Part shown: positions 37,108-51,740 of the stretch, piece by piece
Layout of the letters: the number at the start of each line of letters is the position of its first letter
Numbering within the stretch: the stretch's first letter is position 1
DNA from: Felis catus
Taxonomy: Eukaryota
Length of the DNA stretch: 64,000 bases
Direction of reading: 5' to 3'
Assembly: GCF_018350175.1 (NCBI RefSeq)
Contig: NC_058368.1
Span: 73,968,001-74,032,000, forward strand
Notes under the pieces: generated by a model
Seen by the model: the letters and a program-made list of their open reading frames with translations, nothing else
Told to the model about the DNA's origin: nothing
Database searches by the model: none
Made by a program: the position numbers and the translations under genes

Positions 37108-37410
37108 CATCCTGTAAGAGTTATTATTCCATTTTACAGATGAGACAACTGGACTCTGGAGAAGTTAAGTAACTCACTTAAGGCCACACAAGTAGTACAC
37201 AGTAGCTGAAATGTAAGCCTTTGCGGATGGGCTCTGGGCCACAGTGATCGGTCTGGTTGTGTGACCTTGGGAAAATTATTTGACCACCCTGGACCTCAAT
37301 ATCCTCATGTGTTAATTGGGAATACCCATAATACCTGAATCACAGGGTTGTTGTGAAGATTTCATAAGCTGATATATATGAACTTAATTGCTTTGTAAAT
37401 GCTATTGTTG
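37108..37410. mobile_element. Two adjacent MIR fragments in opposite orientation
   Basis: CCATTTTACAGATGAGACAACTG...AGAAGTTAAGTAACT (minus), then TGTGTGACCTTGGGAAAATTATTT...CAGGGTTGTTGTGAAGATT (plus). Confidence 0.8.
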
Positions 37411-38449
37411 TTATTATTACTTTTCAAGCTACATTGCTTCTCAAACCTTCCTGTGGATTTTCTGCATAACATGCTTATATTTACAACCTTTTATTTATAC
37501 TCTTCCCTTAGTGTAATGCACAATCTCCAGAAATTCCTCACCAGTTTTTTTAACCTACCATGCCAAATTCACTTTACTTTTCAGGGTCTCGGTTCCCTTC
37601 TTTGGAATGTCAAGTACAATATCGTCTCCCTTAGGAAAGCAATCCTTTGCTTCTTACGTCCTTTGCACTTGTGTGTGTGTCACCCATACAGCAGTGGATG
37701 TGAACCTTTTATCACCACTGGCTGGATGCAGGGGAGAGGGCTATGCCTTCGACGGGTTAATATTCCTTTGAACCTACCATTGCCCTGCCCGCAAAGCTAG
37801 GCTTCCTTAAACAATGATTCACAGATTAATTTTGTAAATCCAGGAGTTCTCCTGGGTGGTCTGTTCCTGCCTATGAAGTAGAGATTAAGGAAAAAGCAAC
37901 ATGGGAAAGAAAGTACTGAAGGGCTTAAAGATGGCCCTAGATGAGTCAACAAGAGAATCAAAGTGAGAAGCTGAGCTCCAATTTTCTGCCTTCAATCTGG
38001 GCTGACATTGATTTTGAAAGTGGTGTGTGCATTGGAATGGTCCAGTGATCACATGGGATAGGTAACTGACTTGCAACTCAAGTGTCACTTGCATGCTTTT
38101 CTTCTTACACACCAGCATCTCCCCCTTGCGTTCCCCTGGGATACAACTGCATTCTTGAAGATTGATTCCTTTGCTTTAAGACACTGTCCTCAAAAAGGGC
38201 CAATAAACTGATCAAAGACAGTTGCTAGACAGGCTAGTCATATTTTTTATATATGGGATAATATTGTACATATGCATGTGTGTGTGTGTCCACATCCTTA
38301 CTCGAGAAAATATTTATAATGACTTATATGTGACAAAGAAACAGAAACATTAATTGAAAATGAGGCAAAAGAAGACAGAAAAATAAATGGACATAAAAAA
38401 TGTTGCTCAAGATCTTTACAACTAGAGAAATACCTTCTGGGTTTTATTT

Positions 38450-38687
38450 ATTATTATTCTTTTTTTAATTTTATTTTTCATGTTTATTTATTTTTGAGAG
38501 AGAGACAAAGAGAGAGAGAGCATGAGCAGGGGAGGGGCAGAGAGAGAGGGAGACACAGAATCCGAAGTAGGCTCCAGGCTCTATGCTGTCAGCACAGAGC
38601 CTGACACGGGGCTCAAAATGACGAACGACAAGATCATGACCTGAGCTGAATCTGGGCGCTTAACAGACTGAGCCACTCAGGTGCCCC
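38450..38687 (-). mobile_element. Can-SINE
   Basis: TSD CTGGGTTTTATTT on both flanks. Confidence 0.95.
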
Positions 38688-39919
38688 TCTCCTGGGTTTT
38701 ATTTTTATTAAAAAAAAGAATACCAAAAAAACACATTGTGATGAAATTAGCACCATTCTTGAAAACAAATTCCTATTTGACTTATCACTGTGCTTCTCTG
38801 GGCTCTTTGAGTGAACCTCAACACAGACTGAGGAGGCTGCAGCAGGAACAAACTCATGAGCAATTCTGCAGAGAGCTGTTATGGTGTCGGTGAGGCTCCA
38901 AGGTCTTGGCTGATCCATTGCCGTTTTCCTAAGGAACCCCTGGAAGAACGGATAGACCAGATGTCCTGTAGACCAGCTATCCTGTGAGCAATCTTGAAAA
39001 TAATTTTTTTTCCCCAAATGAATTCAGAAAGCTCATAGGCCACATTTGTAATTTCCATGGGGCCTTGGCAGAAAACGAGGAACTAGCCGAGGTGCCGTGT
39101 CTTCCTGGAAGCTGAGGAACATACCAAGGACCCAAACCTCATTAGATAATTATCCTGTATTCATTTGAGATGGCACGATGACCACTCCTAACTAGAATGG
39201 AATTCTGTTTAAAGGTTTAATTGAAATTTGCTCTGTTGAGTAGACAAATAGGTGCAAACACCCAAAGATTTTAGCCTGTGTGGCATGGATAAAATAGTTT
39301 TAGCCTGAAGATACTTCAGGGCACATACAGGCCACTCCTCCTCGTGGCCCCATGAAATATCTTAATGCTACTCTCCGGAAAAGTTAGCACTAAAGTAGTA
39401 AACTGTTATCTTGTTAAATAGGATCATTATTTATAATCTGCCTGAATCGGAAACTATCTACCAAGAACTTTATTATTAGAATATCTGATGTTTAATGATT
39501 TTTATTTGTAATTAACTAGGGAGCATGATTAGTTATATGTTCCAACACTTCTGATTGTAAATAATAAAAGCATAATAAATACGTATAAAGTATGAGATGA
39601 CAGTTTTATTTTCTTTGTAGCAGAGGCAATTTATACACATTCAAAAGTGGTGTCAGATTAAGAATCAAGTTTTAAAAAAATAATATTACTCTGAGTTCTT
39701 CAATTGGAAATTTTAACTGCCTTACAAGAAGGTCTTTTTTCCAATTTGGACTCTCAGCAGGGAGTTGAGAACATGATGCTCATTTGTCAGTAATCAGGGT
39801 CTAGGCTAAACACACAGAGTGTTATCCATTAAAGATTCCCATCTGCAAAGTCCAAAGGCCGAGGAAAGGCCAATAAAACACGCAAATAATCTGATATTTG
39901 CTTCTGATACATTATATCA

Positions 39920-42370
39920 TATTCAGTCATTCATTGATTCAACATATATTTATGGCATATGTTTTGTAGACAGGAGCTGTTCGATCCAGTGAACATACAC
40001 TGTGAGCAAAGTAGTAAGAGAGGCAGAAAGCATATTTACAGTCAGCCTTTTGCTCAAGTAAACATTGACCTGAACTTCACAGGCTTGGTGTTTGTCATTT
40101 ATTCATTGAACAAACATTTATTAAGGCACCGTGCTAAATACCAGAGATATACTAGACAACAAGAAAGACAGATGTCCCGTCAACTGGTGGAAGGAAAATA
40201 AAAGATAAGCAGATGTAAATGCACACCCAATGGCAAAGTTATTAAAGTATCAGAAACAGGGTTTTGTGATGGAAATAAAGTGGGGGTGGCTGGGTATGTG
40301 AGTCACTGATAAAATAAGGCAATTGGAAACATCCTGCCTGAGTGAATGATATTTAAGCTGGTATTTAAGGATGAGAAGTAACATCCAAGTGAACAGCCAG
40401 AGGTGAGCATGTCAGGAAAAATGGCAAAGTGTGTGTGAAGCCAGCCTGTCTGGAGAACAGTCAGTAAGAAAAGAGGTTCAAGACATGTTGGGAGACGCTG
40501 ATGGGAGCTACCAAAATGGTCGACTTTCTTTTTTCACTTCTGATATATTATTCTACCTGAAATATGGAAAATGGGTCAGAGACAGGTCAAACAGAAAATA
40601 CAGGATAGGATGGAAAGAAGGGGAGGGGTTCAGTGATCATGACACTGCATTAGTTCGGGGAAGAGAAGACAGGGACCTGGACTAGGTGGGTGGTGTGGGT
40701 ATGCCAAGAAATGCATTCTAGGTATTTGTTAAAGAAGAATGTATAGGATCACCTAAGGATTGCATGTGGGGAATGAGGGAAAGGAAGCCATCAAGTGCGC
40801 TGACAAAGTTTTGGCAACCTAGTGAATAGCAGGGTAAGTGCTGAGGTGTAGACGGTATCTCAGCCATATGGAGGAGAAATAGATCTGGGGGGTTACAGTA
40901 GTGATTGGGGATGACCACAAATGTTTGATTGTCTTTCTTCTAGGCATATTCGAAAGTCACACATGGCCAGGTGACCTGCCTTAATGAACGGGAATGGGAA
41001 TGTGAGTGTCACTTTTGGGCAGAAGATTGGGAGCCAGTGACATCTTTCAACATTTTCTTTTCTCAGTTAATGACCAGTTGGGTATGAAATTCTCAAAATA
41101 TCAGAAGAAATTTAAACTGGAAATATAATTGTGGGAGTCACCAGCATTCAGATGATAGTTGAAACCAAAGGAAAGCTTGAGGTTGCCTTGGCAGAAGATA
41201 TAAAGAGAGAAGACAGAGATTTAGCTGTACAAATTTCCATATTAACTCTAGGGTAGATTATCTAGAATTTCAAAGGAGCAGTGAAAGAGCTGGAAGAAAA
41301 TCTAGAGAGGATGGATGTCTTAGACTGCAGGGGCTGCTGTAACAAAGTACCCATGCACTGACGGCTTAAACAAAAGAAAGTGATTTTCTTGTAGATCCGG
41401 AAGCTGGGAGTGCAAGATCAAAATGCCAGCCTGGTCACTGTTTTGGTGAGGTCTCTCTTCCTGCTCCCAGACACTTACCTTACCTTTACATGGCCTTTCC
41501 TCTGAGCATATATGGGAAGGGAAAGAGAGAGTAAGCAGGAAGGAGCTTTGGTGTATCTTCTTGGAAGAACACTTATTCTGTTGAATCAGGGCCTCACCAT
41601 TATAACCTCTTTTAACCTTAGTTATTTCCTTAGAGACACCACGTCCAAACACAGCCATACTAGGGGTTGGGCTTCAACATACTAATTTAGAGGAACACGT
41701 TCAGACTATAATAGATGGTATAGAGAAAGCTTCGAGAGAAAAAGCCTTTCAGGAAGCAGGAAGTAGTTAATTGTTTTAGTTGATACTTTTATGTAGCAGA
41801 ATGAGGAATGCCTATTGGGTTTGGCCACATATGGGTAATTGATGACTTGGGCGCAATCAGTTTCAGTGGCATGGTAAGGGAAAAAGCCAGGCTGAAATGA
41901 GTTGAGTAGTAAGTGGAAACTGTAGGTCGTAGACAATGGGTAGGCAACATAGAAATGTGGCCCTTAAGAGGAGCAGCAAAATGTGAGTGTCTGGAAAAGG
42001 ACAGACAATGAAAAGGGTTGTTATTATCTGTATTTTATTTAATTGTAGATACTGGAGCTTGCCTGTGAAGAAAAGAGCCCTGTAATGAGAAAGATTGAGA
42101 ATCCAGGAGAAAGAAGGGGTCATTCCAGGAAAGTCCATGAAAGGTTGAGACGGGTAGATTCTTCACTGGCTAGGAAAAAGGACACTTCCTCTATTTTCAT
42201 ACAAAGAAGGACACAAAGTTTGGGTAAAAAAGCAGGAAACAAGACGATCATATACTGTGTGAGGATTGTCTCAGTGAAGTATTAGGTAACAAGGTGAGAA
42301 GAAACAGGAGGGTAGAGCTTGAAGAGTGAGGAAAAGAGATGAGACAGTCTTTCTACAGAGTGAAACAAGA
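39920..42370 (-). mobile_element. Extended, fragmented L2 with nested MLT1 insertions
   Basis: CATTCATTGATTCAACA and TTCATTGAACAAACATTTATTAAG 3' ends; ATTTAAGCTG...AAGGATGA; TTGTGGGAGTCACCAGCAT; GAATGAGGAATGCCTATTGGGTTTGGC; CAGTTTCAGTGG. Confidence 0.75.
41316..41713 (-). mobile_element. MLT1A-like (MaLR) solo LTR
   Basis: TGTCTTAG...GGGCTGCTGTAACAAAGTACC...GGCTTAAACAA...AAGATCAA...CAGGGCCTCACC...GGGCTTCAACATA...TTCAG. Confidence 0.9.
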
Positions 42371-43429
42371 TTCCTCATGGATCAATAATGATTGCAGCAG
42401 GGTTTTAAATGTAACCTTATAAGCTCAACCCCCCTTACCCCCCCCCCCCCCAAAAAAAAAGGAAGAGAGGAGTCATTTTACTGATACTATTGAGAAATGA
42501 ATTTGGACTCTTGGCTGGTGTTGGATCGCCTCTTGTGTGATCTTATCAGCAATTGTCAGCTGTATGAGTGTAGACATGGAGGAGGCACATGGTTATTACA
42601 TTCATGGCTGTTGGAGAGACAGAGAAAAAACGTAGCATGTTCATAAGAGATTGAATGTAACATTGGGCCATCCATTCCAACCTGAAGAAGAAATACTTTA
42701 AAGAAGAAGGGAAGAAAGAGCGTAATGAAAGTGGAGAGGCCAATGGATGACAGGTCTTCATGATGAGTTTTTTCATGGGAAGACTTGTACAAGGTATTTG
42801 AATGATTGAAGCTAGGGAGACAACACATCTCTGATTCTGAAAGTCGAGCAGCTTTAGTATAGGACAGAGATCAAGTGACTCTCAGGTGTAAAACTTGGTT
42901 GATTTAGTGGATGAACTAACAGTCTATAATTTTGGGGTGGAAGATGTTTGACTTTTTGAAGATAAAATGGAATAAACCTTGGGTCTACATGCCTATAAAG
43001 TTAATAAATTTCCTAAAGAAGAAAATTATATATCAAAGTATTTTTTTCCACTTAAAAATATTTTAATAAATATTATAACAAACTCTAACTAGGGTCTATC
43101 CATAAAATAGTTGTTGTATATAATGATGGTAATTATTGATCTTTGTTTGGAAGCCTGGTTTCTGTCTAGACCTCCACCACCAAATTCAACAGATTGATTT
43201 GTCAAGCAACTATTCCCCCCATGCAACTATTGTAGAATCTACACCTGGCTGAGGTTCTCCTTCAGGGTTGGAGAAACTTATAATAAACTTCAATTTCAAT
43301 AGGTCTTGGATGTACACTTTTACATTTTGTTTGACATGGCACCATACTAACCTAGTGAAACATTTGTTGACTGAGTACTCAACAAGTCAAACTAGGTGTT
43401 GGGAAATTTCCATGTGTGTTTGCAATTTA

Positions 43430-43641
43430 TTTATTTGTTTGCTTGCTTGTTTGTTTGTTTATTTTTGAGAGAGAGAGAGAGAGCAAGGGAGGGGCAGAGA
43501 GACAGGGAGACACAGAATCCAAAGCAGGCTCCAGGCTCTGAGCTGTCAGCAAAGACCCCGATTCAGGGCTTGAACTCACGAACTGTGAGATCATAACCTG
43601 AGCTGAAGTTGGACGCTTAAGCAACTGAGCCACCCAGGCTC
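43430..43641 (-). mobile_element. Can-SINE
   Basis: TSD TGTGT(G/T)TTTGCAATTTA on both flanks. Confidence 0.95.
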
Positions 43642-45414
43642 TGTGTTTTGCAATTTAAAACGGATTGTAAGCTAGCCTCATTTCATTATTGGGAAAGAAG
43701 GAAGGGGAGTTCATGCCTGAGACATCAGAGGCAGTTCAAAAAATTCCCAGCCTAAATGGGTTCCCTAGAGAAGTTAAAAAATTCCTCTTTGTCTATCCCC
43801 TTTGCTGTCCTTGTTTTTACAAATTCATCCTTGGCAATTTTCGATACTAGCTCCAACTCACCTTAGGTCACCTGGATCAGAAAGCTTATATACCTGCTGG
43901 CATGAGCTGTTTTAGGAATGTTCTACTTTGGCCTAGAAGAAGTTGCCTGATAGATGATGGATGTGTCACACCCAGGGTAAATGCCACCCTCCCAGACAAC
44001 ATACCTAGCAACAAAGTTAGTGGATATCTACCTTTGGGACTGGTAGGTTTCTTAGAATATACTCCACAAAGTCTCCTTCTCTGGCTGGAGAGACACTGAT
44101 ATTAAGGATGGGATTATAATGTTGGATGCTGCTGTACAAAGTTTAAAAATGTTTTGCCTTTGAGAAACCAGGATTTTAGAACAAACTTTTGTCTGGATTG
44201 AGAATTATGTGCTTTTCGTTGTCTCACTCTCTTACTTTAGTAGAAGTAAAAAATGGATTGCCGCTCCTTATCTTTGGTAGTTTTGGGGAGACTCTTAAGT
44301 TGTCTGGTGCAAGTGGGAGGCATCTCTTCATGACAGATTTGATTCCATCTCCTGACAAGTGGGATGTGGTTTGTCTTAATGCTTATACTCCTCTTGCTAA
44401 GGTGGATGGTACGTGCCAGTACATGGACTCAGTTCTATGACCTTTTAAACTCATATGGTCCATCTACCCCACAGAAGAGCTACCTTTGTGTAGAACTGAA
44501 CTACAGAATCACAGCAGTCTGGTCAAACTCTCACAGAAGCTGCTGACGAATGAAGGGAATGCTCTCCTCTCAGAATATAGTATCAGAAGTAGACACATGA
44601 ATTATAATCTGTCGATGAACATACTGATACACATATTATGGAAGGGGTACATTGTCATGGGTGTACTAAGACTGGACACAATTTTGGCCACATTTCTGTA
44701 GATGAGATGATGAGTATAACCCAATGTTTCTTACCATTCTTAGAATTCAGGATCTGAGGAAAATGATCATTCACCTCTTGCTTTCACCCTGGAAATAAGT
44801 GGTCCAGTGCTGCCCAACACACATTACTAGATTATGAAGATCGGAATTGCATCAGTCAGTTGAAGAAAGATGAAGGTGTGAAGGAGATACAGCATACAGA
44901 CCAACATTTTCAATATGGTTAAAGGGAATCTCATTTCCAGAAACTAAATAAGCAGGAGTAAGATAAAACATTGGGGGGGGGGTGACGCAAGTTCATTTAT
45001 GTGTAGAAAGTGTCCCCCACCTGAAGTTGTACTCAGAACAACAACAGGAGAAGCAGTAAGAACAAAAAGGAGGTGGGCAAAAGGAATTGACTTAAAGATT
45101 CATGAAAGTTGCCCTAACCATGTACTGCATTTTGACCAACTCACCATTTGGAGACTCTAGTTTTCTCAGGACGATCTCTGATTTTCTTCTCAAAGGCAGG
45201 AAATTATTAATTTACCCAGTTTCTGTCTTCTTCCTATTTTTCAATGGTTTTACTGATGATTAGGAACTATGGCTTGTCACGGCAACTGAGATGCACCTTC
45301 GTTTTTCACTCTGAAAGTCTTCCCTTCTAGATCTTGATTATTTCCTGAGTAAAAGATCTGGAAGGGTAAAGAAAATGTGTAGAATATACAGAACGGACCC
45401 TATGACAAATATAT

Positions 45415-47290
45415 TTTAGACTTCTGTTTCTGACACTATGGTAAGGCTAAATGTTCTGAACATACTTTCCATGCTGAATATCTAGAAATATTGGATAAAA
45501 TACGGAAACATAATTTTAAGTGCATAGTCAAGTTCACTAAGTGTAAGTAAGCAAGTGTATACAGACACACATGTACTAAGGTATATTCCTAGAAGTCAAA
45601 AATTAAGACAAAGCTGAAAACAGTGTTAAGCAAGCCTTGAGGCTTTAGCTTCTTGGGTTACTACACAGAAATACAAGACAAGGACTTGACCCTGTAGAAC
45701 AAGAAATAAGAACTTGAATCTCCCCACTTAGTAATGAGCTACTTATTTAGGGAAAGGTGGGCTATTAAAAGAATAGAATTGACCTCTGGAAAAAGGGAGG
45801 CAACAGGGAAACTTGGTCTGCTTAGTTTTGGTACCAAGTAGAAAATTAATATATTAATAAAAATTCTTTCTCTTTTGGATAATTACCACAATTGCATAGC
45901 TTAGGAAACTCCAAACCAATAATTAACTTAAATGACTTCTAGGTTGGCAATGCTCTGGGACATTCGGTATAGGCAAGCAGGACTCCAGAAGAAAACATCT
46001 TTACCCTAGGAGCCCAAGATTTTTACTGATTAACATCAGTCAGGTCTGTGTTTATAATCCTACATTATGCAACACAGGCTCAGAGGAGCATCCATAATCG
46101 AAACCAGTAGAAACTATAAACAACAGAATAAGATCAGCAAGAAATTAAGATATTGTAATGTACAGGCATACATAGGATGATTGTTTAAAAATAAACACGT
46201 ATTTTAAAGAAAATATGGAGTAGAACATGTGATCCAGGAATGAGATGCTGATAAAAATTCTCAGTAGATTTGCAAACAAACACAAGCAGGACTTTGACAA
46301 ATAAAACAAATATAACTACTGAAATTAAATACCCAGTGGGTGATTACACTGATTAGAAAGAGCTAAAGAAAGAACTGGTTGGCGGCTCTGAAGGGTCTGC
46401 TGAGAATATAGGAGAAAGATATGCAACACGTGGAAGGAAGTCAAGAGACATGAGATTGGAAAGTCTAACACAGATCTGACAGCATTTCCAGGAAGAGAGA
46501 CTAGGGGAGATTATAGGCATTGTTTGTAAAGTTAGTGGTTTGTAAAGTCATTCATAATGAAAGTCATTAATCCCCAGATTTACTGAATCACAGGTAGGAA
46601 TCAGAAAGATGCCCATGCCTAGATACGTCACGGTAAAACTGTGAAGTATCCAAGACAAAGAGGGATTTGAAGGAAGTTGTTAAGGAAGGACACATTCCCT
46701 GCAAAGGATGACAGGAGAGCGGCCTTCCCAGCACAACAGTAGAAACAATAGCATAATATTTTCTTCAAAGCGTTGACCAGTATTAGAGATTAAGAAAGTC
46801 AGTATAAGCATTCAGTTCACTGGAAAAGCTAAAACATTTCTGAATTTATAAACACCTAATGTCTTAGCTACAAAATATATAAGCCTAAAAAATAGTGTTA
46901 TAATGAAAAGTTGGTATGAAAAAATTGACCACCCCTGGTAAATATTTTACCACAACGCTCTCATTAATTGTGCGATTGACTTCAATATAGTTAAAAATGG
47001 AGTAATGTCCATATCTAGAACCATCTTTCCAAAAATTAGAGAATGGTCATGTTTCTCAACCACGTGTCAGATATCAACAATAATTTTGTCAGATATTGAC
47101 AATAATGAAGTACACATGAGGATGATCTAGCAAGACTCAAAAATAATGAAAACTTTATATATCTAAACATATATGTGTTTATAGTATTAAATTCTTAAAT
47201 TATAGAAGACAGGACATCAAATAAACTGTTTAATATTTGACTTTAGAAAATGAATAATAACTCAACCCAAAGAAAAAAGAAGGAAAGCAA
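45415..47290 (+). mobile_element. Ancient L1 (L1M-type) 5'UTR/ORF1/ORF2-endonuclease remnant
   Basis: A-rich + strand; from 46834 reads TFLNL*TPNVLATKYIS (compare L1 EN TILNIYAPN); near 47010 reads ISRTIFPKIREWSCFS (compare IYRTLHP...YTFFS); many stops. Confidence 0.75.
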
Positions 47291-47334
47291 GGCAGGTTTC
47301 ACAAACCTTGTTTCGTGGGAAAGCAGAATGGCTC

Positions 47335-47470
47335 CAGGACCACTGTTGGTCCTGGTTTACGTGGGCCAGTCTTCATTTATGCCTGTTGTCCTCACATCAT
47401 CATTAATAATGGACTCTTACATTTTCAAAAAGGGGCACGGTGGCTTCACAGGCAGAGTGTGTCACAACTT
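47335..47470 (-). mobile_element. MER94-like (hAT-Blackjack) MITE
   Basis: GTCCTGGTTT...GGGCCAGTC...TTTATGCCTGTTGTCC...ATTAATAATG...TTTCAAAAAG...GTCAC matches the recalled MER94 reverse strand. Confidence 0.7.
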
Positions 47471-49809
47471 TGGATCCAGGAGTCAGAATCCCAAGTGAGG
47501 AGCCCCCTCTGACAGAGGGCCTGAGCAGCTGAATCACATTCAGACTTTATCTTCAGAGGGCGTGGAGAAGGTGGTCGACTCAACAGGGCTGGAATTGTCA
47601 GTTACCCAGATGCTGGGCGGCTACCCACTGGGAGCATTGGGGGTGGAGGGAGGGGCATTAGGACGGGACTTCCAGCTGTGGTTTCAGAGTCACAGATATA
47701 AGCTAACTGAGCCTGATCAACAGTGTCATTGATAACTAGTTTACTAATAGGATTGTCAAGGAGGAGGCCATTTGGATTACAAATCCTCTATCAGGATTGA
47801 CATCAGGACAAAATGAGCAAAAAATGACACTTTCTCACATATTCGTTGAAACATAGCAGGTCCTTAATTAATCATTTTGCTTCGATTTATTTTTTTCTTC
47901 CCTCTCTTCTTCCCTCCCTTCTCTCCAAATTGAGAGCTTGGTGGAAAAGTACAGAAAGAATCAATTTCAGGCTTGAATTGAAAAATCTAGCATCAGAGAA
48001 AAATATTTTTTCTTAATTAACAATGCATCTTTCAGAGGACATTATCCTAGAGTCTATTATGTCCCCTGTTAGGGAGTTAAGGTAACAGAAGGCATTTTCT
48101 AACCAAGTTAGAGGTAAAGAAAGTTTAAATGATGATCTTTTATATTATTGAGATACAGAGACTTTTTTACAAAGGGATGGAAATGGGTAGGAAAGAACTT
48201 GAACCCATCAAAAGTAGAAAAATAAAATAAACCATATTTTAAAAAAATGGAACACAAATTTTTCCCAATGTATGGGCTATCTGTCTTGCCAAATAAAAAA
48301 AAAAAAGGACCAATGGGAGACCTAATTCTCTTAATCTTCTTGTTCCATCAGTGGAGAGGAAGTTGGATGGGGGGAAACCTTTTCGGGGTATTGCTCAGAG
48401 TAAGGGAGCAGCTCTGGGCAACACGCTGAATGATGATCTCATCAAATCACTTAGACTAAGAACCAGGAAAAGAATTTCACACTTTGCCTGGCTAAGAAAA
48501 CAGTTTTATCAAGTGCACGATCTCACATGTGCTGAGATTCCCTTCTTCCTCTGCATTTTTCACTGTTTTGCTTCAGTGGGTGTTTGCTACCTGGAAAAAT
48601 GAAAGACATTGTTGATGACAGTTTTTTAAGTGGAGGGAGACCTATGCATGGCACCAATGTGCCGACTGCTGAGTCTGGGAATATGTTGAAAAGTTGAGCT
48701 TCTAAGTGGGTTGGTGTCTATAAATATGTACTTCTATTCACTTTAATTTCATAATTTTGTTCTTTTTCATTTTGAGTGTTAAAGCCAGAATTCCTGACAA
48801 CTATGTTCATAAATGGACACTGGACATTCTAGAAATGCCTTGAAACTGTGTGCAAAATTTGTTATTTGCATGTATGCAATTTTTCCCTCAGGGCAGGGAA
48901 AATAATATTTTTCGGATTTTTGAAGTTTTTTTTTTTATGACTAAAAAACAGTTTAAACACATTATTGGGGTGTATTGTCTTTTGCTGCACTATGAACTTT
49001 GCTGCACTATGAACTCTGCTCCCCTGGGTCAAACCCAGGTCCTTCCTTTCCACCCACAAGAGGAGGTACCGGGAGATACAAATAGTCACAAAAAGCTAAG
49101 AGGAAAGTTCAAGAGAAGGACGATGCTCATCTGGATCAGCAGACCAGGACTTCGCTGGTGAGCAGCTGGGAGCTGGATGCACCCTGTATGACCTTGACAT
49201 TCAAAGGAGCTCCTTCTTCATCCCCTGTGGAGACACATTTTTGTGTTGCCAAGTTAAGGGTGGAGTCTTACACCACACCCAGAAGAAACCATCTTAAGGG
49301 AAGGAGGTTAGGACTTTTTCCTCTGAAATACTATGACAGCCATGAGAAAGGCAAACTGTGTCACCCTCATTGTGTCTTCCTTCTTGGGAATGTGGGGTCG
49401 GAATCTTCATGGCCAGTCACTATAGCGGTAGGACTGAAGCTGTGTTTCAGATCCACACTCTCAGCAAACTTGTGTGTTTGTAAGGAATGCTGACTCCCAA
49501 AAGGCAAGCAAGAAACTCACCAACCCAAACAAACCAACACAACACGAAGACAGCTTCCCAATTTTTATACCGACAAAAAATGAGAATAATCACTGGGAAG
49601 GCATAAAATACCAAAAATTCTCTTGAGACTAAAATATGTTTTCTAAGTAATAATCTCTTCTCTAGCCCCTCTGCTCCCTCAACCACAGGAAGACTAAAAA
49701 GACCAGATTTGAGGGTTAAGATTTACTATTATTTCTGTCGTGTATTTTATCTCTAAAAATTTAAACCCCAAACTATCATTACTATTTTATATAATCAATA
49801 CTTATATTA

Positions 49810-50470
49810 ATTGTTTGTTGTCAGGATTTATTTCTGGACTCCAGATTTTATCACATTCATCCTTATGTGAGCATCACACAGTCTTTATTGCCATAATTTT
49901 GTATTAAGTTTTGAAATCAAGGTGTGTGAGTCTTCTAAACTTATTATTCTTATTTCAAGATTGCTTAGGCTATTGTCGAATTGAATTTTCATATGAATTT
50001 TGGAATCAACTTGCTGATTTATGCAAAAAAAGCAGGTGTTATTTTGATAGGTATTGCATTGAATCTGCAGATCAGTTTGGGGTCTATTACCATCTTAACA
50101 CCACTAAATTTTCCAATCCATGAATATGGGATGTCTTTCCATGTGTTAAGTTTTGTTTAGTTTTTGGTATACAACTCATGTATCACTTGTTAAATTTACT
50201 CCTACATATTTTTAACACTATTGTAAATGGATTTTTTTCTTAATTTTATTTTCAGATTTATTGTTATTGTGTATAAATACAGTTGATTTTGTGCATTGAT
50301 TTTGCACTATTGTAACATTGCTGAACTTGTTTTTTAGCTCTAAAAGTGGTTTTGTATACCCAGTAGGGTTTTCTATATGCAACGTCATGTCATCTGCAAA
50401 TATAATTTTATTTATTTTTTTCCAAGCTGCATGCTTCATTCTTTTTTCTTATCTGAGTGCCCTGGCTAGT
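49810..50470 (-). mobile_element. L1 ORF2 fragment (reverse transcriptase region), decayed
   Basis: ORF 50218-50439(-) reads IIFADDMTLHIENP...LLELKNKFSNV (L1 RT FADD motif); ATTGCATTGAATCTG..GATCAGTTTGGG and CCAATCCATGAATATGGGATGTCTTTCCA are typical reverse L1. Confidence 0.9.
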
Positions 50471-50539
50471 TGGGAAGTTTTAAAGGTATTTTTCCTTCTC
50501 CTTATAGCTTTGATAATTTTTCAGCATGTGTTTAAATGT

Positions 50540-50577
<38 letters not shown>

Positions 50578-51740
50578 GAAATTATTCCTCTTTTACACAT
50601 TGTGTCATCGGACATTGCAAGGCTTGAACATTTCATTAGCTTTCAGAAATTTTTCTCTTTTTCCTATCTTGAGGTATTCCTTCTCTTTTTGTTCTCTTCT
50701 TTGGGAAGAGAACAAATGCTATACATTAAAAAAATCTTTCCCTTATGGTTCATTATTTTTCTTTCATACTCTGTATCCCTTTATCCTATGATCCTTCTTT
50801 GACTTCAGTGTTTGACCCTCAGCTCTGTCTGAGTTGCTCTCTGTCCATCTATTAAGTTTGTATTTTGCCCTTTGAATTTTATATTACCGAGAACTCTGAA
50901 GTTTTTCTTTTCTTCCACCTTTTTTCAGTGGCTTATGTGTTCTTTGGGATCTCTCTGAGGATATTAATTATAATCATGTTGAAGCTCTCTTCTATTCCTT
51001 GTATAATTTTGAGATCTCTTACACACTGAGTTTTTCAATGTTTTGTTTTCCTGTTTTGATCACATTTTAAATGAGAGCCTGATTTAAACAAAATTAATAA
51101 TTGCATGTGTATTTCCTCAGTCTGAACGATAATTACATTTGCCTGGCAGTCAAAGGAGTTTTGAATGACCGACATTTCTTTCTTGTGATTACTCAGGGGA
51201 TTTGTAGGGCTCATGACCAAGTGGAATTTCCTCATAGTTTGTGCTCTGGAGAGGGTGGTTTCCACCCTGGCAGATGAGGCCCTTCACACATTGGATCTGC
51301 CTTTCCATTTAGAGAAGACTTAGGGCCATTGGCATAGGATGATGGTATTGGCTCATCGTCACACCCTTTCATTAACTTCAACTTCATTACATACAACCTA
51401 CTCCTTGTAGCTCCATCATGCCAGTTTGGAGAATTATTCCAAAGTTTTGCTGGTAAAAATCTTTTTTTTTTTTTAATTATCTCTGTTAACTTCATGGAGT
51501 TCTTACATTCTTCAGTTGACTTGAATTTCTCTACCATTTTGTTCCCATTTGCTTTATGCCTTTCAAAAACTATTTACATTTTTGGTCTGCTGGTAGAATA
51601 TTCTTTGGTTTTTTCAACATGCTCATGAATTTACTTTTCTATTCATTTTTTTTTAAATCAATTTTCTTTTTTTTCTGTTGCTGAATGGAAGTTTTAGCTG
51701 GGGAAGGAAAAAAACAACACTTATTTTTTCAATCATCCAT
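50470..51740 (-). mobile_element. Older L1/HAL1-like remnants
   Basis: T-rich strand with decayed ORF1-like text (GGGATCTCTCTGAGGATATTAATT); weak. Confidence 0.4.
50541..50576. repeat. (TG)n microsatellite
   Basis: Seen directly. Confidence 0.97.

Noticed and set aside
50218..50439. ORF with a reverse-transcriptase FADD motif
   Set aside because: Short decayed L1 ORF2 fragment; not an intact or novel RT system
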